Below, one piece after another: positions 29,126-43,445 of a DNA stretch of 64,000 bases. The stretch lies in NCBI RefSeq assembly GCF_009914755.1, contig NC_060927.1. One strand, 5' to 3'. The position numbers were made by a program, and so were the translations under genes. The stretch comes from the human T2T-CHM13v2.0 reference genome, Homo sapiens. How positions within the stretch are numbered: position 1 is the first letter of the stretch; every line of letters starts with the position of its first letter. Under the pieces are notes generated by a model. It made no database searches. It was given only the letters and a program-made list of their open reading frames with translations, and was not told the DNA's origin.

Positions 29126-30665
29126 TTACCTTTCACCCACAAATCTTCATAGGCTTTTGGTTTTTTTCCTCTAAACATTCTATATGAACATCAAGATCTT
29201 CATCCTTATTTATAAGCAAGAATGACATTTTCACCTGTTTCTTGGGGGAAAGGGCTGCCCAAGTGAAGAAACAGGACACAGACTTGCCTTCCTCCTTGTA
29301 CTCATTTTAACAGCCTCTCACCGTTGCTGGGCTTCACAACATAGCCTTCTCCCTGCCTTCTGAAAAGTCAAGTGCAGAGCCTCTTTATTTCTTAAAGTAC
29401 ATTGACACTAATTTGGTTTTGAGAATTTTTGAGAATCTTTCAAAATCCCTTACAGTGACTGAAAATACCCTGGGGTGTTGCAAATTCAGAGTTGAGGATT
29501 GTTGTGGAGAAGCTAAAGCCATGACTGTGTCCATAACAACCAGTGGAAAGTGCCTCTTTGGTTGTTTTGTCTGTTGAATAGCTGATGGTGCTTGTTTTTG
29601 CATCAGATAGAGTAAGTGGATCAGACAGATAGCACGTACACAGACAGATGGTGCTTGTGTTTGCATGACACCAAAATATTTGTCTTAAAGACAACATTCT
29701 GGAATGACAGAATTGAGCTTGACTGCTTTTATTTTCCTAATTTAACTGTTTTGCTCAGCCTCAGGCAGGCAGCCTAGAGTGGTAGGGAGAGCGTGGGTTT
29801 AGGAGGCAGACAATACAGGATTAGGCTCTTGGTTCTGCTCCTTGAGAGCCCTGTAACTTTGTGTACTAATTTGGAAGATGGGATCAGTGATGTAATGATA
29901 CTGATTCTCACTTTGAATATGTAATTGTGTATATGAGAGTTCAGAGGGAAAATGTATATGAAACTAAGCACTGGATGCTCAGTAAATGCTAGTTCTCCTT
30001 CTGCTTTCTTTTCTCCCTGTGCACAAAATGAGAATTGTGATGGGAGCTGTGGCCACCTTGATGACAGATGTAGGGAACAGAGTTCCTAAAAGCTCAGACA
30101 CCAGCGGAGGATGGGGAATGTCCTGGCAGCAGGGCAATCCCTAAAAATGCAGCAAGTTACCTGAGTCTTGGCTCCCAATACAGAGAATCTGGCATCCAGG
30201 TAAGGCACGGGAAGCAGTATAGCAAGAAAAATAAATAGGTCAAGGTTGTAAGTCTGCTCATCAAAAGAGAGAAGGCTGCCTTTCTCCTCATAGCAGCAGA
30301 AGAAGAATAAATAAGAGGAATCAGATTGTGTGGACCAAGATGAAGAAAGAAAGAATGGCACAGGGGAACCTGGGGGAGGAAGAAAAGCCATATTTCAGTT
30401 TCTCCACCTTCTATGGCAAGAAGAAACCAGCTCCGAAAGAAGTTCCTTCCTTGGGTCCAGAAGTCCAGAAAGAATGTGTCTCTTGCTAGAGGCTGAATGG
30501 GATAGACAACCTGAAGTTCCCAGAGAAAGAGCTTTGACTAGGAAAGAAGCCATTTTTCGGGTTCAAGAGAGGAAGAAATTCAAGTGGAGGCATAGCGGTT
30601 TCACGTTGACAGTGACAACTGTGAACCTTGGTCTCCAAACCATCAATGACTTCTTATATTATTAT

Positions 30666-30967
<302 letters not shown>

Positions 30968-31003
30968 TAAGACTCCTTATATTTTTATGATAATTCTTAA
31001 AAC

Positions 31004-31006
31004 TGT

Positions 31007-31044
<38 letters not shown>
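31004..31044. repeat. (TG)n microsatellite
   Basis: Read directly; one interruption. Confidence 0.95.
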
Positions 31045-31048
<4 letters not shown>

Positions 31049-31056
31049 TTTAGATT

Positions 31057-31528
31057 CTGTTTTAGTTTCGTAGGGCACCTGTAATAATGTACTACAGATT
31101 TTGTGGCTTTAAAGAACAGAAATTTATTGTCTCGCAGTTCTGGAGGCCAGAAGCCTGAGGTCACGGTGCTGTAGGGCCATGCTCTCTCTGAAACCTGTAA
31201 GGGAGAATTCTTGCCTCTTCATATCTTCTGGCAATTTGCTGGCAGTCACCAGAATTGGTGTTCCTTGGCTTGCAGCTGTATCAAACTCATCCACCCTTAC
31301 CACATGCCATTCTCTCTATATGTCTGTGTCGAAAATTTCCCCCTTTATTATGACAAGAGTCATATTGGACTAATGCTCACCTCAATGACCTCATTTTAAC
31401 CTTAATTTGGGTCTTTGTATCTGCAAAGATCAAAATAAGGATCTGTTTTCAAGTAATGTCACATTCATAGACACTGGGGGTTAGGACTTCAACACAACTT
31501 TTTGAGGGGATGCAATTTAACCCATAAC
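31057..31528 (-). mobile_element. Solo MaLR LTR (MLT1C/D-like)
   Basis: 'tgttttagtttcgtaggg...aaatttattgtctcgcagttctggaggccagaag...gggttaggacttcaac...aacccataac'. Confidence 0.8.
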
Positions 31529-31529
31529 T

Positions 31530-31790
31530 GACCCCTTATGGGAATCTAATGAAAACTATGGTCCCTCTCTACAGAAAAATGGATATGTGTATAGAATACA
31601 ACATTTTGTGCATGATTTTAGTGGGGTCACACAGCTTTAAAGCCTGTCATGGACTCTCTAGAGACTTGCTCCTCCAACTGTGATCCAGCAGCAACAGCAT
31701 CACCTGGGAGCTTTTCAGAAATGTGAAATCTCAGGCCCTAACCTAAACCTGTTGCATCAGAATCTACATTCTGATAAGATTCCTAATAAA
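31530..31790. mobile_element. hAT-Charlie fragments (MER103C-like, then MER5-like)
   Basis: 'gaatctaatgaaaactatggtccctctc' and 'cagcatcacctgggagctt...tcagaatctacatt'. Confidence 0.55.
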
Positions 31791-33069
31791 CCCTGCTCTA
31801 GGGATCTGCAGCCCCTGGATGAAGAAGATCCGCTTCTCTCTCTCTCTGTTGTTCCATCTCTGGTTTCTAGCTGGTAGAATCAGGCTTACCTGTCCAAGTC
31901 TTGTTCCCTACTGTTCAACATACCTGCTTCTACTGCAGCCAGGCCAGTGTTCTCTCTGTGCCGTAGGCAGAGCACACCCATTCCCTCCTTTCCTTCCCCT
32001 GTGTGGAACACCTCTGTTACCATTCATTTATTCAATAAACTTATATTGAGCAATTCCTTTGTGCTGGGCCTTGTATAAGAAAGCATAAGCTGGAGTTCTA
32101 TTTCTCAAAGAGCTCCTTATCTGGCTTCCCTTTCTCTTTGCTTATGTGAACCTGCTTGTTTTTCAGTGTCCACACTAAGGACTACCCCAACTCTTCCTGA
32201 GCACCTCATCAGTGACTTGGAATGCTCACTGGCATTTCATGGGTGCAGTTGGGTGCTGGTGTAGCACAATTCACCTTTTTTCCCTTAGTAAGAGAAATGC
32301 CTTTAGAAGTTGCAGGCAATTTTGTTCTAGAGGTAGAGTCGTTGGCTCCTTCTTTGAGTTCATTTGGGAAAAATCTCCAGAATGGGTCATTCTATTACAC
32401 AAATGCAAAAAGGGCCAGTTTGTTGAATCTACCAAATATATTGATTTGTCTTTTAAACTTATTTTGGGAATTATTTTTCTTCAATTTTTTTAATGAATGT
32501 GATTTTTTTCCCTGAATATTGTCAATGAAAAATTTCAATGTTTTTGTTGAATACCTTCAGTCAATATAGTCCTCCTGAATTTTCCATCTAATTGCCATTT
32601 CTCCTCCTGCATTTCTGATTCCCTCATCCTGCTATACATTTCTGTTTTCCTGTTGCACTCTTTGTCTTTTGACATGCAATAGCACTGATATGCTTATTAT
32701 TCTATGGAGGCAAAAATCTTTATTTTGTTCACTGATGTTGCCTAAGTGCCTAGAATAGGGCTTGGCTCATAAGAGATATACAGTGATATTGTTGAATAAA
32801 TGCATAGTTTTTTTGAACATAACTACATTTTTTAAGTTTTCTATAAATTTTTCTTAGGTTACACTTAAATATTATTCTATTATATAAGTCATTTTCCCTA
32901 TTGACAACATTTTAACATTTATAGATTTGCAAATTTCATCAAATGACCAGTTCACTAAATTTACCAAGTGATAAATATACTGATTTACAAGGACTTTTTA
33001 CTATAAAGTTTACAATAATTTGAGATGGTTTTAATAACTTTGGAAAAATTCTGTAGTTTTAACTTGCAG

Positions 33070-33372
33070 GTTTTTATTTTTTATTTTGGAGAGATACGGT
33101 CTTGCTTTGTTGCCCAGGCTATAGTGCAGTGGCATGATCATAGCTCTTTGCAGTCTCTAACTCCTGGACTCAAGTGATCCCCTGGCCTTAGCCTCCTGCG
33201 TAGCTGGGACTCCAGCTGTGTGCCACCATGCTCAGCTAATTTTTAGTTTCTTTGTAGAGATAGAGTCTTGCTATGTTTCCCAGGCTGGTCTTGAACTCCT
33301 GGCTCCAAGTAATCCTTCTACCTTGGCCTCCCGAAGTGCTGAGATTGCAGGCATGAGCCACTGCACCTAGCC
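33070..33372 (-). mobile_element. AluJ
   Basis: AluJ diagnostics 'gatcatagctc' and 'ctcctggactcaagtgatcc'. Confidence 0.9.
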
Positions 33373-36300
33373 CCATTTTGTCCTCTTAACAGTGTTTTAA
33401 GCAATGTTTCCTCCATTTGTGTCCGTCCCAGTTCTGTGCTGCTACAGCTGGAGGCAGTTGGGGCAGAAGGAGGGGCTCTGTTTTTGGAGAGAGTTAGCAG
33501 GGGTGAATCAGTGCCCAGCCTAGCACAGGCTGCTGATCCTGAGAGCGCAGAGGCTACAGGACAGGATGGGTGGGTGAGGGTGGTAAGAGATAAGGCAGAG
33601 AGCTAGAAAGCTGAGGGCAGGTTGTAGAGTCTGAAGACATTGGGTCATGGCTCCCAATAGCCTCCTGGGTCCTGCTAATCCCTTCAGCACAAATTTTCAA
33701 ATTTACTTTCAGTGGATTCATCTAGAGCAGGCATTGCTTTGGAGGATAACTGGCTTGTCTGGGCTATGTGTGTGCCTTCTCCTTAAGGGAACAGCTGGTC
33801 CTCCACTGGGATTTTGTCAAGAGCTTGGATTGGGAAAGGGAGATCATGGTCTGTCTTGGGGATAGGGAGAGTGGGGTGCTCAATTCAGAGGTAAGGAGAG
33901 GCCGAGACCCCTCTGGGTGACTGTTGTAGTGCCTGATGTGTGAGATGTGGTCAGGACCCCTGAGGCAGATTTGTCCTAGTGAGCTCTTCCAATAGTAGTG
34001 GAGAAGCTTGTGTCATTTCTTGAATGGAACTGGGGCAAGGGGAGTTGAGATGGCTGTAGAAGCCACCAAATAGACATTGCAATGAACTAGCAGAGTTGAA
34101 GAAAACCAGTGGTTTAGAGTAATGTCATCTGCCAGAGGCAACAGACAAGCACAGAGACAGATCTAGGGAACATGTGAGTCCTTCTTGGGGATCCCTGAAA
34201 ATACTTGGGGCTTGGGGCAGCCTAGTTAAAATTTGAATGTCCAACACTCTGCAGGATGGGCTCTCAGAGTCATTGTAACGTGAAGACCTTATTTTCGTGT
34301 CCCAGGCTGGGGATGTTTGAGGACTTATCCGTGATCCCCTCATCTTCCCTAAGCATCCAGCTCTACCCTGGGTTCCTGAGGCACATGTGGCAGCCCAGAG
34401 CATTCATGATTTTCTTTTGTAGACCTTGCTTTTTGCCAGTTCTGCCAAGCACCTAGGACAGTGTCCTAAAAAGGATGGGAATAATCTGCCTTGATTGTGT
34501 CTTTCATGCTTACTTCCTAGGGTCTTGTAAGAGAATGTGTAGGAACCTCATGCACATCAGACCACATCAGGTCAGGCTGACCAGAAGGTCCAGCCTTTCA
34601 CAGGGCAGTGAGGGGGCTCCAGGAGTGGCTAGAACAGACTGCCCAGGGCTCTTCTGAGAGAGTAAAAACTTCTGCTTCTCAGGCTAGGTCTGTTTCCTGA
34701 CAAGGAGAAAGAACTTGGGAATGTGCTGGCTCTTTCTCCTCTAGGGGGACAATTGAAGTGCTGTGCATCTCAAAAGTGTTGGCTCCCAAACGTGTCACAT
34801 TGGGTGAATTTAAAGAAGGTCTGTGGAAAGTGGGTAAAACCTCTGAGCAGACAGGGCCTCTCCTTTAGTAAGTGGCTGCTGATCCTGGCAAAGTGGGTGG
34901 CCAAGTGGGAAGGACAAAGACAGGATTATATGCTCCCATGAACTTGAAATAAAATCTTCCAGGTGCATACCGTGTTAAAGAGAAGCTGGGTCATTTGAGG
35001 AATATACCTGAAATGACTTCATTATTTTTCCTGCAATGCAGCATATAGAGTGTGGAATGACCATGTGGATTACTTAAACAAAGGATTGTTTCTTCTTTCT
35101 GAAGCACACATGATAACATGAGCCTCATTAAAGAGGGTTTTCATGATAACAGATAGTAGAGAGGTTCTTTAATACTAGAATGAGGAATTCCTTTATTGTA
35201 ATTTCCTCCTTCATCTTTTCTTTATTATAGGTAGTCACGAGAATTATCCTAGAAGGATGTTATATTACCATTTTACAAATTAAAGTACTGAGGATATGTG
35301 AGATTGATTAACTTCACACATTCAGTAAGTCAACTAACACATACTAACAGACTCTTACTCTGGGCTAAATTATGTATTCAGCTGTGGGTATACACCTGTG
35401 GGCAAATGCACAACCCCAGCCTTTAAAAGTGTATAATCCAGGGTACTTTATAGTCAGGTAAGCACTGAATTGGGTGCACATCAGAATCCCCTGGGAGCTT
35501 TTTAAAGATCCAGTGTTCTAGGTCACTGTTAGCATCTTTTGAATTACAGTCTCTAGGGTGGGTTTGAGAGACAATATTGAAGACTGTCTAGGTGGTTCTG
35601 AGGTTCTCCTAATTAGTAAGTGCAGGACCATGGGATGAGACTCACAGGCAGTTACACCTAACATGTGAAAAATGATAAATGCTAACCTGGGCACGAGGGC
35701 AGGGTCCTCCAGGCATCCAAGCAAGGAGCCTACCCGGTGTTGAGGGGTCAGGGAGGGCTTCCTGGAGGGAAGAGATATCCAAGAGTGAGAAGCTATGATT
35801 GGGTGGGGCAGGGTGGTGATGGTTGTGGGGAAGGGATTCTGTTTGGGAGAAGAAACAACCTGCATAGGTTTGGATATCAAGCAGGGCCAGATGATTAGGG
35901 AAACTGTGAGTGGCTCAGGGGGGCTTGGATTTCATGACCTGAGATGGGCAGTGGTGGCAGCTGAGACTGTAGAGACAATTTGGAGGTCACAGCTTAGTCA
36001 GTGATGTGGCTGGGAGGAGGACTCATGAATGACTCCAAGGCTCATGTTATTTATCTATGTGCCCTTCCTCTTTAGCTACACTGGACGGTTTCCTTAAAGA
36101 AAATAAATATACAGAGATGAGGCAATGATAAGTAGGGTGAGACCTGGGATGGCATACTTGCACTTAGCTGTGCAGTCCCAGAAAGATAATGTATGATGGG
36201 GCATACCAGAACCTTGGATTCAAATCCTAACTCTATCACTTGTGAAAGTCACTTTGCTCATCTAGTCATCTTAGTGTTGCCATAAGGATTACATGTGTCA

Positions 36301-37365
36301 GGACAAGTGAAGTTCTTAAAACCATGCCTGGCATCAGGAAAACCTCAGTGCATGTTATTGCTATTACTATTCTTTCTTGTTTTTCCTTGTGGCAAACAGC
36401 AGGAGTTTTGCAAACAGACTACATCAACAATGTATATTTCATTAACTCTTCATGGAAGCCTATGGATTAGGATGAATAAAATGAGAGATCCACTCAAGTT
36501 CACTTCAGCAACCCCATCCCCATTCCCTGGTGGTGTTAACAATACCTCCCTGGACCCATGAGGAACCTGTGAATCCTAGGTCACATTTAGGGACATCTTC
36601 CTCATAAACATTCACTTCCCTGCCAGGCTGGAGCTATCTGGGGACTTTAGAGGGCCTGGGCCAGGTCTTGTTAATTTTATATTATCCCCAGCATCTACCC
36701 CAAGTTTCATCATATTTATTTTGTGAATACATGAATAAGCAGACTTTTTAACTCTTATCCCTGATTAAGATCATATCATAGCAGACAGAGGAGAAAAATT
36801 AACGAAGCTTTTTCAATCTCATCCAAAGTCTTATCTGTTCTCTCTGAATTGTAGCTGTATCTTCTTTACAAAGGTATACCCTGTACCGTTCCTCTAGTTT
36901 TAAAGACGTGCTCTCTCAGAGGCTGACTTGGAAGGCCCAAGCTGATTCCCCAACCTGTAATAAAGTGTATGTATAAAGATAGCAGTGTTGTTATACAATT
37001 TAATTAGTACATCATTCAGACATTTGGACCAATGCCTGGCTCTTTTTTGCATGTTCATTAAGCTTTTAGTCTGACTCCCATGTGAAATAAACAAAAAGGC
37101 TAATTGCTTTTGGATTTTAGTACTGGGTGAAATACCTGGATTCATTATATGAATCATATTTTATAGGTAGATTAAAGGTTCTACTGGTAAATGAAAAATT
37201 CAAAGATGACAGCTGTAATACTTAAAGCAAGGCAATTGAAAGGTTTGGGTTCCCAAAGGCAGCATATGAATCCATCTGACATGTTCCTAGTTTTCAAAGT
37301 AGTGTAAAATGTTTGCACACTGATGAGAGCATTGTCTCAGAATGGTAAGAGTTTATATCTTCAAA

Positions 37366-37560
37366 ACAGTGGCATGCTGGTAAATGTGTAAGAATCACCT
37401 CTCCAGGGGAAAAGGAAAAGCCCTGATTTGTAATGTTCACCAATTCCCTTGGTGTAAATATTCCCATATGGCTAGTTTTGAGCCACTCATTAAGAGTTGA
37501 GAAGAGATGTACACAATCAACTCTCATCAGCCCATTTGAGCTGGCTCTTGCACGCCATGG
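37366..37560. mobile_element. MER63-like hAT element
   Basis: Inverted termini 'cagtggcatgctgg'...'gcacgccatgg' and internal 'gccctgatttgta'. Confidence 0.6.
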
Positions 37561-39179
37561 CTTTCTTGCCCATGATGCAAAATGGAGTTAGGCCTGACCT
37601 CAGAGCCTAGAGTGGGTTTTCCAGTAGTTTCTGCAGGATGTCAGGGTGGGGCTGGATGTGGGGGACAGTGGCTCCCTTATCCTGAGCACTTGAGGGGCCA
37701 GAAAAAGGAGGTGTATACCTTCCAACTTCCTTGAGAATGAAGGAGGCAGATGAGGGGACTTGCTTGCATCTTGCATTTTCAAGCATGCTTGAGGCAGCAT
37801 AGGGTGGGATGTACGTGTGGTCTCTGCTGTCAGGTAAGACTTTGTTTGCTGCCACCTACTTTCCAGATCCATTTGATGGAGGATCGTCTGGGGAACTGAA
37901 AGACTGCAACTGGCTTAAAAAATTTCTGTAACTTGTTTTGAAAACATTTGGCACAGTGCCACACAGTAAATGGCACTTGTTATCTGTGGCCTGAGGCAGC
38001 GCCCAAAGTATGGGAGAAGATGGGACTTACCCATGTCAAATGCTTATTGCACCTTTGTATGCTGAGTGCTCTGCTTGGTGTTGGATTATAGAGCAAATTC
38101 AGACCTGGACCCTGCATGTGGGGGCTGGCAACCTACAGGAGATCTTTTGGAGTGTGATTTGGATTAGTCACAAGACTTGCTTCTCCCTCTCATTTTCCGT
38201 GACAGTAGCTGTGATTGTTATATACCAATTAGAGTTTTGGGTCCAGCTGCCTGGTAGCAGGTGTGGAGACTACCTGGGGCAAACAAAAGTTTCTCTAGTG
38301 GTCTTCCAGGCGTGACGGGTCCTCCGAAAAGCTGGAAATTTAATCTCTCAGTCATGGAACCAGCACTGTCATCTGGCAGCTCCCCTAACTAATTATTGCA
38401 ACATATTAACAGTGCGAAGTTGGTGCCTCACCCAAGCCTAAAAGAAAATTTGTGACAACGACAATTACTAATGTGATATAATACTGCCAAGTCAGCGCTG
38501 GGATGCAAATCCAGATGATTTGACTCCAAAATCCAAACTGTTTACTCTTATATCATCTCATCTCTCCCTAAGCCTGGAAAATGAACAAGGAACATTGCAC
38601 AGGGGCAAACCCCTCATGTCCTCAAGCCCTTCATGCAGCTTTCCTATGTACTGCTCCCAGAAGGCTTGGTCCTGCTCAAGGAGGGAATTTAGATAATTCC
38701 TCCTCCACCAGTCCATCTGACTATGTCCTGCCAAGACAGTTAAGTTCCATAATCCTACTCCCATTTATTATATGCTAGTGGAACATGCCTTCCATTAGTT
38801 TCCCAAAGGGATCTATGAATTTAGAGTCCAAAAGCTTACAGAGACTAACACTGCCCACAGTTGAACTGGCTTAAGGTTAAAGTAGATGATTTTCTTGCCA
38901 AATACCCAATTGAATTAGTGAAATGTTACAAAAATCACTGTGATTGAGAAAAAGCCTAAAGCTTCTATGGGAGAGAACAATACATTTAAACAACTGCTAA
39001 GTTTCTATTCTGGACATGGGTTGGCCTTGGCAGAGAGCAGGGAACAGGCTGGAGGACAAAGAGGTGGCTGCTGTGGAGATGAATCCAGTATCAAGCAGAG
39101 AACTAGATACATGGTTTCTGAGAGCTCTATCAAGTCTCAAGTTCCAAGTCATCTGTGCCTCCCTTGAGGCCAACAAAGC

Positions 39180-40125
39180 TTGGCAAGGAAATTCCAGGCT
39201 CATGAAACTATCAGTCACTCAGTCAAGAAAATAAATATATCCATCACCTCCAAAAGTGTCTTGGAACCCTACTGTAATCCTTTCCTGCCATCATTCCCCT
39301 TCCTTTCCCACTGTCACCAAGCAACTATTCATCAGCTTTATGTCACTATAAATTTGTTTGCATTTTCTATATTATATGTAAGTGGAATCATATAATGTGT
39401 ATTCTTTTTTTGCCTTGCTTTCTTCGTTCAGCCTAATTATTTTAAGATTCTTGCCTATTGTATGTGTATCAATAGCGCTTTTCTTATTGTTTAGTAGTAT
39501 TCCACTGTGTGGATATACCACCAATTGTTTATCCATTCGCCTGTTGATGGGTATTTGGGTTGTTCACACTTTTTGTTATTAAAATAAAGTTTCTGTAAAC
39601 ATTTGTGTAAAAGTCTTTCCGTGGATATATGCTTTCATTTCTCTTGGGTAAATATCTAGGAATTTTGCAATGGCTAAATCTTATGATAGGTGTATGTTTA
39701 ACGGTTTGAGAAACTGCCAGACCTTTACTTTTTCCAAAGTGGTTGAACCATTTCCCACCATCATTTTATGCTTCACGTTCTCACCAACACTTGCTATACT
39801 CAGCCATTTTAATTTTAGACATTTTAATATGTGGGTAGTAGCATCCCAGTGTTTTAATTTGTACTTACCTAATAAGTAATAATGGTTAGCTTTTTCCATG
39901 TGTTTATTTGTCGTCTGTATATCTTCTTTGGTGAAGTATCTTCACATTTTTTGTCCATTTTTAAATTGGTTTTTTATTATTGAGAATTGAGATTTCTTTA
40001 TATATTCTGGCTGCAAGTCCTTTATCAGATGTATGATTTCAAATATTTCCTCTCTGCTTGTGGCTTATATTCTTTCTCTTAACTGTATCATTCAAAGAGC
40101 AGGGTTCTTGATTTTGATGAAGCCC
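39180..40125 (-). mobile_element. Old L1M (L1MB/MC/ME-like) 3' region
   Basis: Antisense L1 motifs 'agtggaatcatataatgtgt', 'gagaaactgccagac' and 'aagtcctttatcagatg'. Confidence 0.8.
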
Positions 40126-40139
40126 AGTGAAATTCACGA

Positions 40140-40885
40140 TGGTTAACAAAGTTTTTGAGTGAACTAATCAGCATAACACTGCCAGCTTATAATGAAAAGG
40201 ATAGATCGGTACAAAAGGAAAAGAGGTTGTGGGACCCTCAAACTTCTACTGGAAGGAGCCAAGCTGAGAAAACTACTCAGCTGCAAAGGCATGCTACCAT
40301 TCATGAAAAAGGAAGGGTAACTCAGAGAGCACAATCAAGAGCCTAAAGGACAGAGCCAAGAACCATGGACAATTATTTAAGGAACTTCCAGCATTTGGTT
40401 GGCTAGATTTTATAACTGCTACAGACTAGTCACTTTTTTGTGCTTTCCGTATTCCTCCTTCTTGAACAGAAATGTCCATAAAAGTGAGGCTATGCCAGTC
40501 CCATCTGCCAGAGAGCAGACAGCGGTAGATAGCCTCTAAAATGGCCTCCAATGACTTCTGCATCCTGATATTTTTTGCCTTTGTATAATCCTCTCTCCTT
40601 GTGTGTTAGCTAGACTTAGTGACTTGCTCCAACCAATATAATCCAGCAGAAGTGATGGGATATCACTTCTGAGATTAGGTTACAAAAAGATTTCTGGCTT
40701 TCTGGTTCTCTTGCTTTCTCTCAGAGCTCCCACTTTGGTGGAAGCAAGTTGTCATGTTTCAAGTAGTCCTATGGAGAGGCCTATGTGTCAAGGCCTGTGA
40801 ATAGCCACAGGAGTGAATTTTGAAGCACCATCCTCCCCCAGTTAAGCCTTGATATGACTGTAGACCCAGCCAACACCTTAACTGT
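40140..40885 (+). mobile_element. MaLR internal fragment followed by an MLT1F-like LTR (from about 40522)
   Basis: 'gcctctaaaatggcctccaatga...cagcagaagtgatgggatatcacttctgagattagg...ccagccaacacctt'. Confidence 0.65.
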
Positions 40886-42559
40886 AGGCAGAATACTCAC
40901 AGCATGGAGCATCCTCAGGCTCCAACTCTCTAGGATTGAACAAGCAGGAGAGTGAGTCTGGCTTAGGTTTCCATAGGACTGAGTAAAAAGAGAAAAAAGC
41001 CAAGGAAAGAACACCTGATTAGAAGGTAGTTTCAGGATGAACTCTCATGGCCTTCAGAAAGAACAGAATCTGGCATTTTATTTTAGGACAATTGACTGTT
41101 TCTGACTCTTATACACATAAGTGCCCGAGGGAGCCTTTTCCAGAAGGCCTTGTTCAGCACGTTGAGAACCTTCTGCAAGGACTGGGCTGCCTGACTGACC
41201 ACCAAAAAAATCTTCTCCCTCATTCAAACTGGGCTTATAATGATAGTGACACAGATATGTGGCACTTGTTGGATAAAAACCACAGAATTTCTGTCCCTGA
41301 AAATTGCAAACTGTTACTCGAAAGTTAAGGACTTTTTTCTGTAATGAGTAACAATTTCAAATAAAAAATTCAAAGTACCTTTAACTGTACTAAGCAATTG
41401 GGGCTGGGTGTAACTTATAATGGGTATGTCCTTATAGCTAAGATTTTAGTGGGTACAGAAACTCAGGAAGCACTACAATTAAACTTCTTTAAGCACATTC
41501 TAGAATCCAGATTTGTCATAGAGTCTGCCTGGCTTTATGACTAATTAATCAAATTATCAAAATTTCACTGAGTTCAGTTTTGCAATAACAATTCCTTCCA
41601 GATTATTTTTGTTGCTCTTCATTAAGGCTAATATTAAATGCTATTTCTAAACATTTCACACCCGCTGCCTGATGGACCACCTGACATTTGCTCTGTGTTG
41701 TTGGCGAGAGTAGGTCTGGAAGTGGTATGTGTGTGTGGCAGGTGAGCTGGGATAGGAAGAACATTTGTGTACAGGTCTTTATGTGGATATACACTTACAT
41801 TTCTCTTGGATAAATACCTGGGAGTACAGTGGCTGGATCCGATGATAGATGTATGTTTAATTTTTTGAGAAATTACCAAACATTTTTCAAAATGTTTAAA
41901 CCATTTTACATTCCTACCATTATTGTGTGGGAATGCCAGTTGCTCCACATCCTCACCAACATATGCTAGGGTGTTAATAAGACAACTGAGAAATTTAGTC
42001 TTGGAGTAAAAGAGAAGCAATACTAAAAGTTTCCTGCAGAAAGAGAGAATTGCAGTTGAACTCTTGTAACCCTCTCCTGGCCATTGAAATATTATTTTCT
42101 GTTCCTTGTGAAAAAAGGATTTCATGAATAATTTGTTTATACAGTATGGAAGTTGCCTTCCCTGATGCTGCAGTGGAGCTCCAATGGCTATCACCAGGGA
42201 GTTTTTGTGGATGTGTGTTTCAGAGAAGGAGTGGCCAACATGGGATTAAAATGTGGGATTAAAGGAACCCCTGCATGAGAGAACATGGGGAAGGAGTTGG
42301 GAAAGTCAAGGAGTGCCATGAGACCACAATGTAAGTTCATCCTGAGTACAAGAGAGAGGGAAGGAAAGGTGGAAGTATTGTAGACTGCTATGCAGTGTAA
42401 GTTTGGCTAGGCCAGCAATGAGTCCTGGAGCTAAAGTTAGCTATGAGATCTCCAGTGTATGGGCCTGCCTTAGTAGCTCTACCACACTCAGTCATTGGTT
42501 GGAAGCTCATGATAAGTGTGGCCTCAGCCCTGCACTTAGAAGTCTTAGAGGCATCCTCA

Positions 42560-43028
42560 TAGCTTTGGCAATGGACTTAATAAGGCCAGTGCTGAGTGAG
42601 ACAATGCACCTGATCCCAGGTACCTGTTATGTACAGAGCATTTTCCCAGGGTACTTAATTGATGCTGTCAATATCCAGCCCATGACCACAGGAACATGCC
42701 TAGTCTGCTGCAGGGCAGGACAGAGGTGCTGGGGAGTTAACATCTGTGGAAACAGTCTTCAGCCAATGATGAATGAGAATTGGTGATAAATAGTTCGGTT
42801 CCTTGATCATAGGACAAGACATCTTTGAGGTGTGCTGTACATTGTTTACACAGATGACCCTGTGGAATTCAACTCCACTTACTCACCTTCACATAAATAA
42901 ACCCTATATTGGCTGCTTTCCCCTCCTAGTCTCACTTTTCCACATCTCTACACTGGGATCACTTCCCAAATAAACTATCAGAACTCAAATCCTTTTGTTC
43001 CTACCTCTGGGGACCCCAACCTAAGGCA
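42560..43028 (+). mobile_element. ERVL LTR16-like LTR
   Basis: 3' end 'ctgggatcacttcccaaataaacta...ctcaaatcctt...ctggggaccccaacctaaggca'. Confidence 0.6.
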
Positions 43029-43445
43029 ATATTTAATGTTGCCCATGGTCCTGACTCTCAGTAGTAATGTTTGGGAGCTTACTATGTATTACTGCCTTAG
43101 AATGAGGGTGGCCTGGAGCCTCCACCCCAGCTTCCAGCCACAGGGCCGACCCTGATCTTTCCTATGGAGAATGAACAGCTCTGGAAGCCTACAGTGCACC
43201 TGCGAGGATGCAGTGTAAAGGCAATGGCTTGACACTTGGAAACGAGAGATGTGTCTTGTGATCCTGGCCCCAGTATTGATGAGCTATGGGTTGACCAGGT
43301 CATTAAAACTCTATGAGAATTGCTTTATTCATTTATAAAAGGAACTAGGCTAGGTCAGCTTTTCTCATAGTATATTCTTCAGAAATAATGGCTTTTCTAG
43401 ATGTTTTCTCAAATAGAATCCTTTGCTTAAACAAATGTGGGAAAT

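Noticed and set aside
41634-42194. 186-aa minus-strand ORF
   Set aside because: It overlaps a decayed L1 fragment (about 41755-41975), has no coherent domain and appears to be a chance frame.
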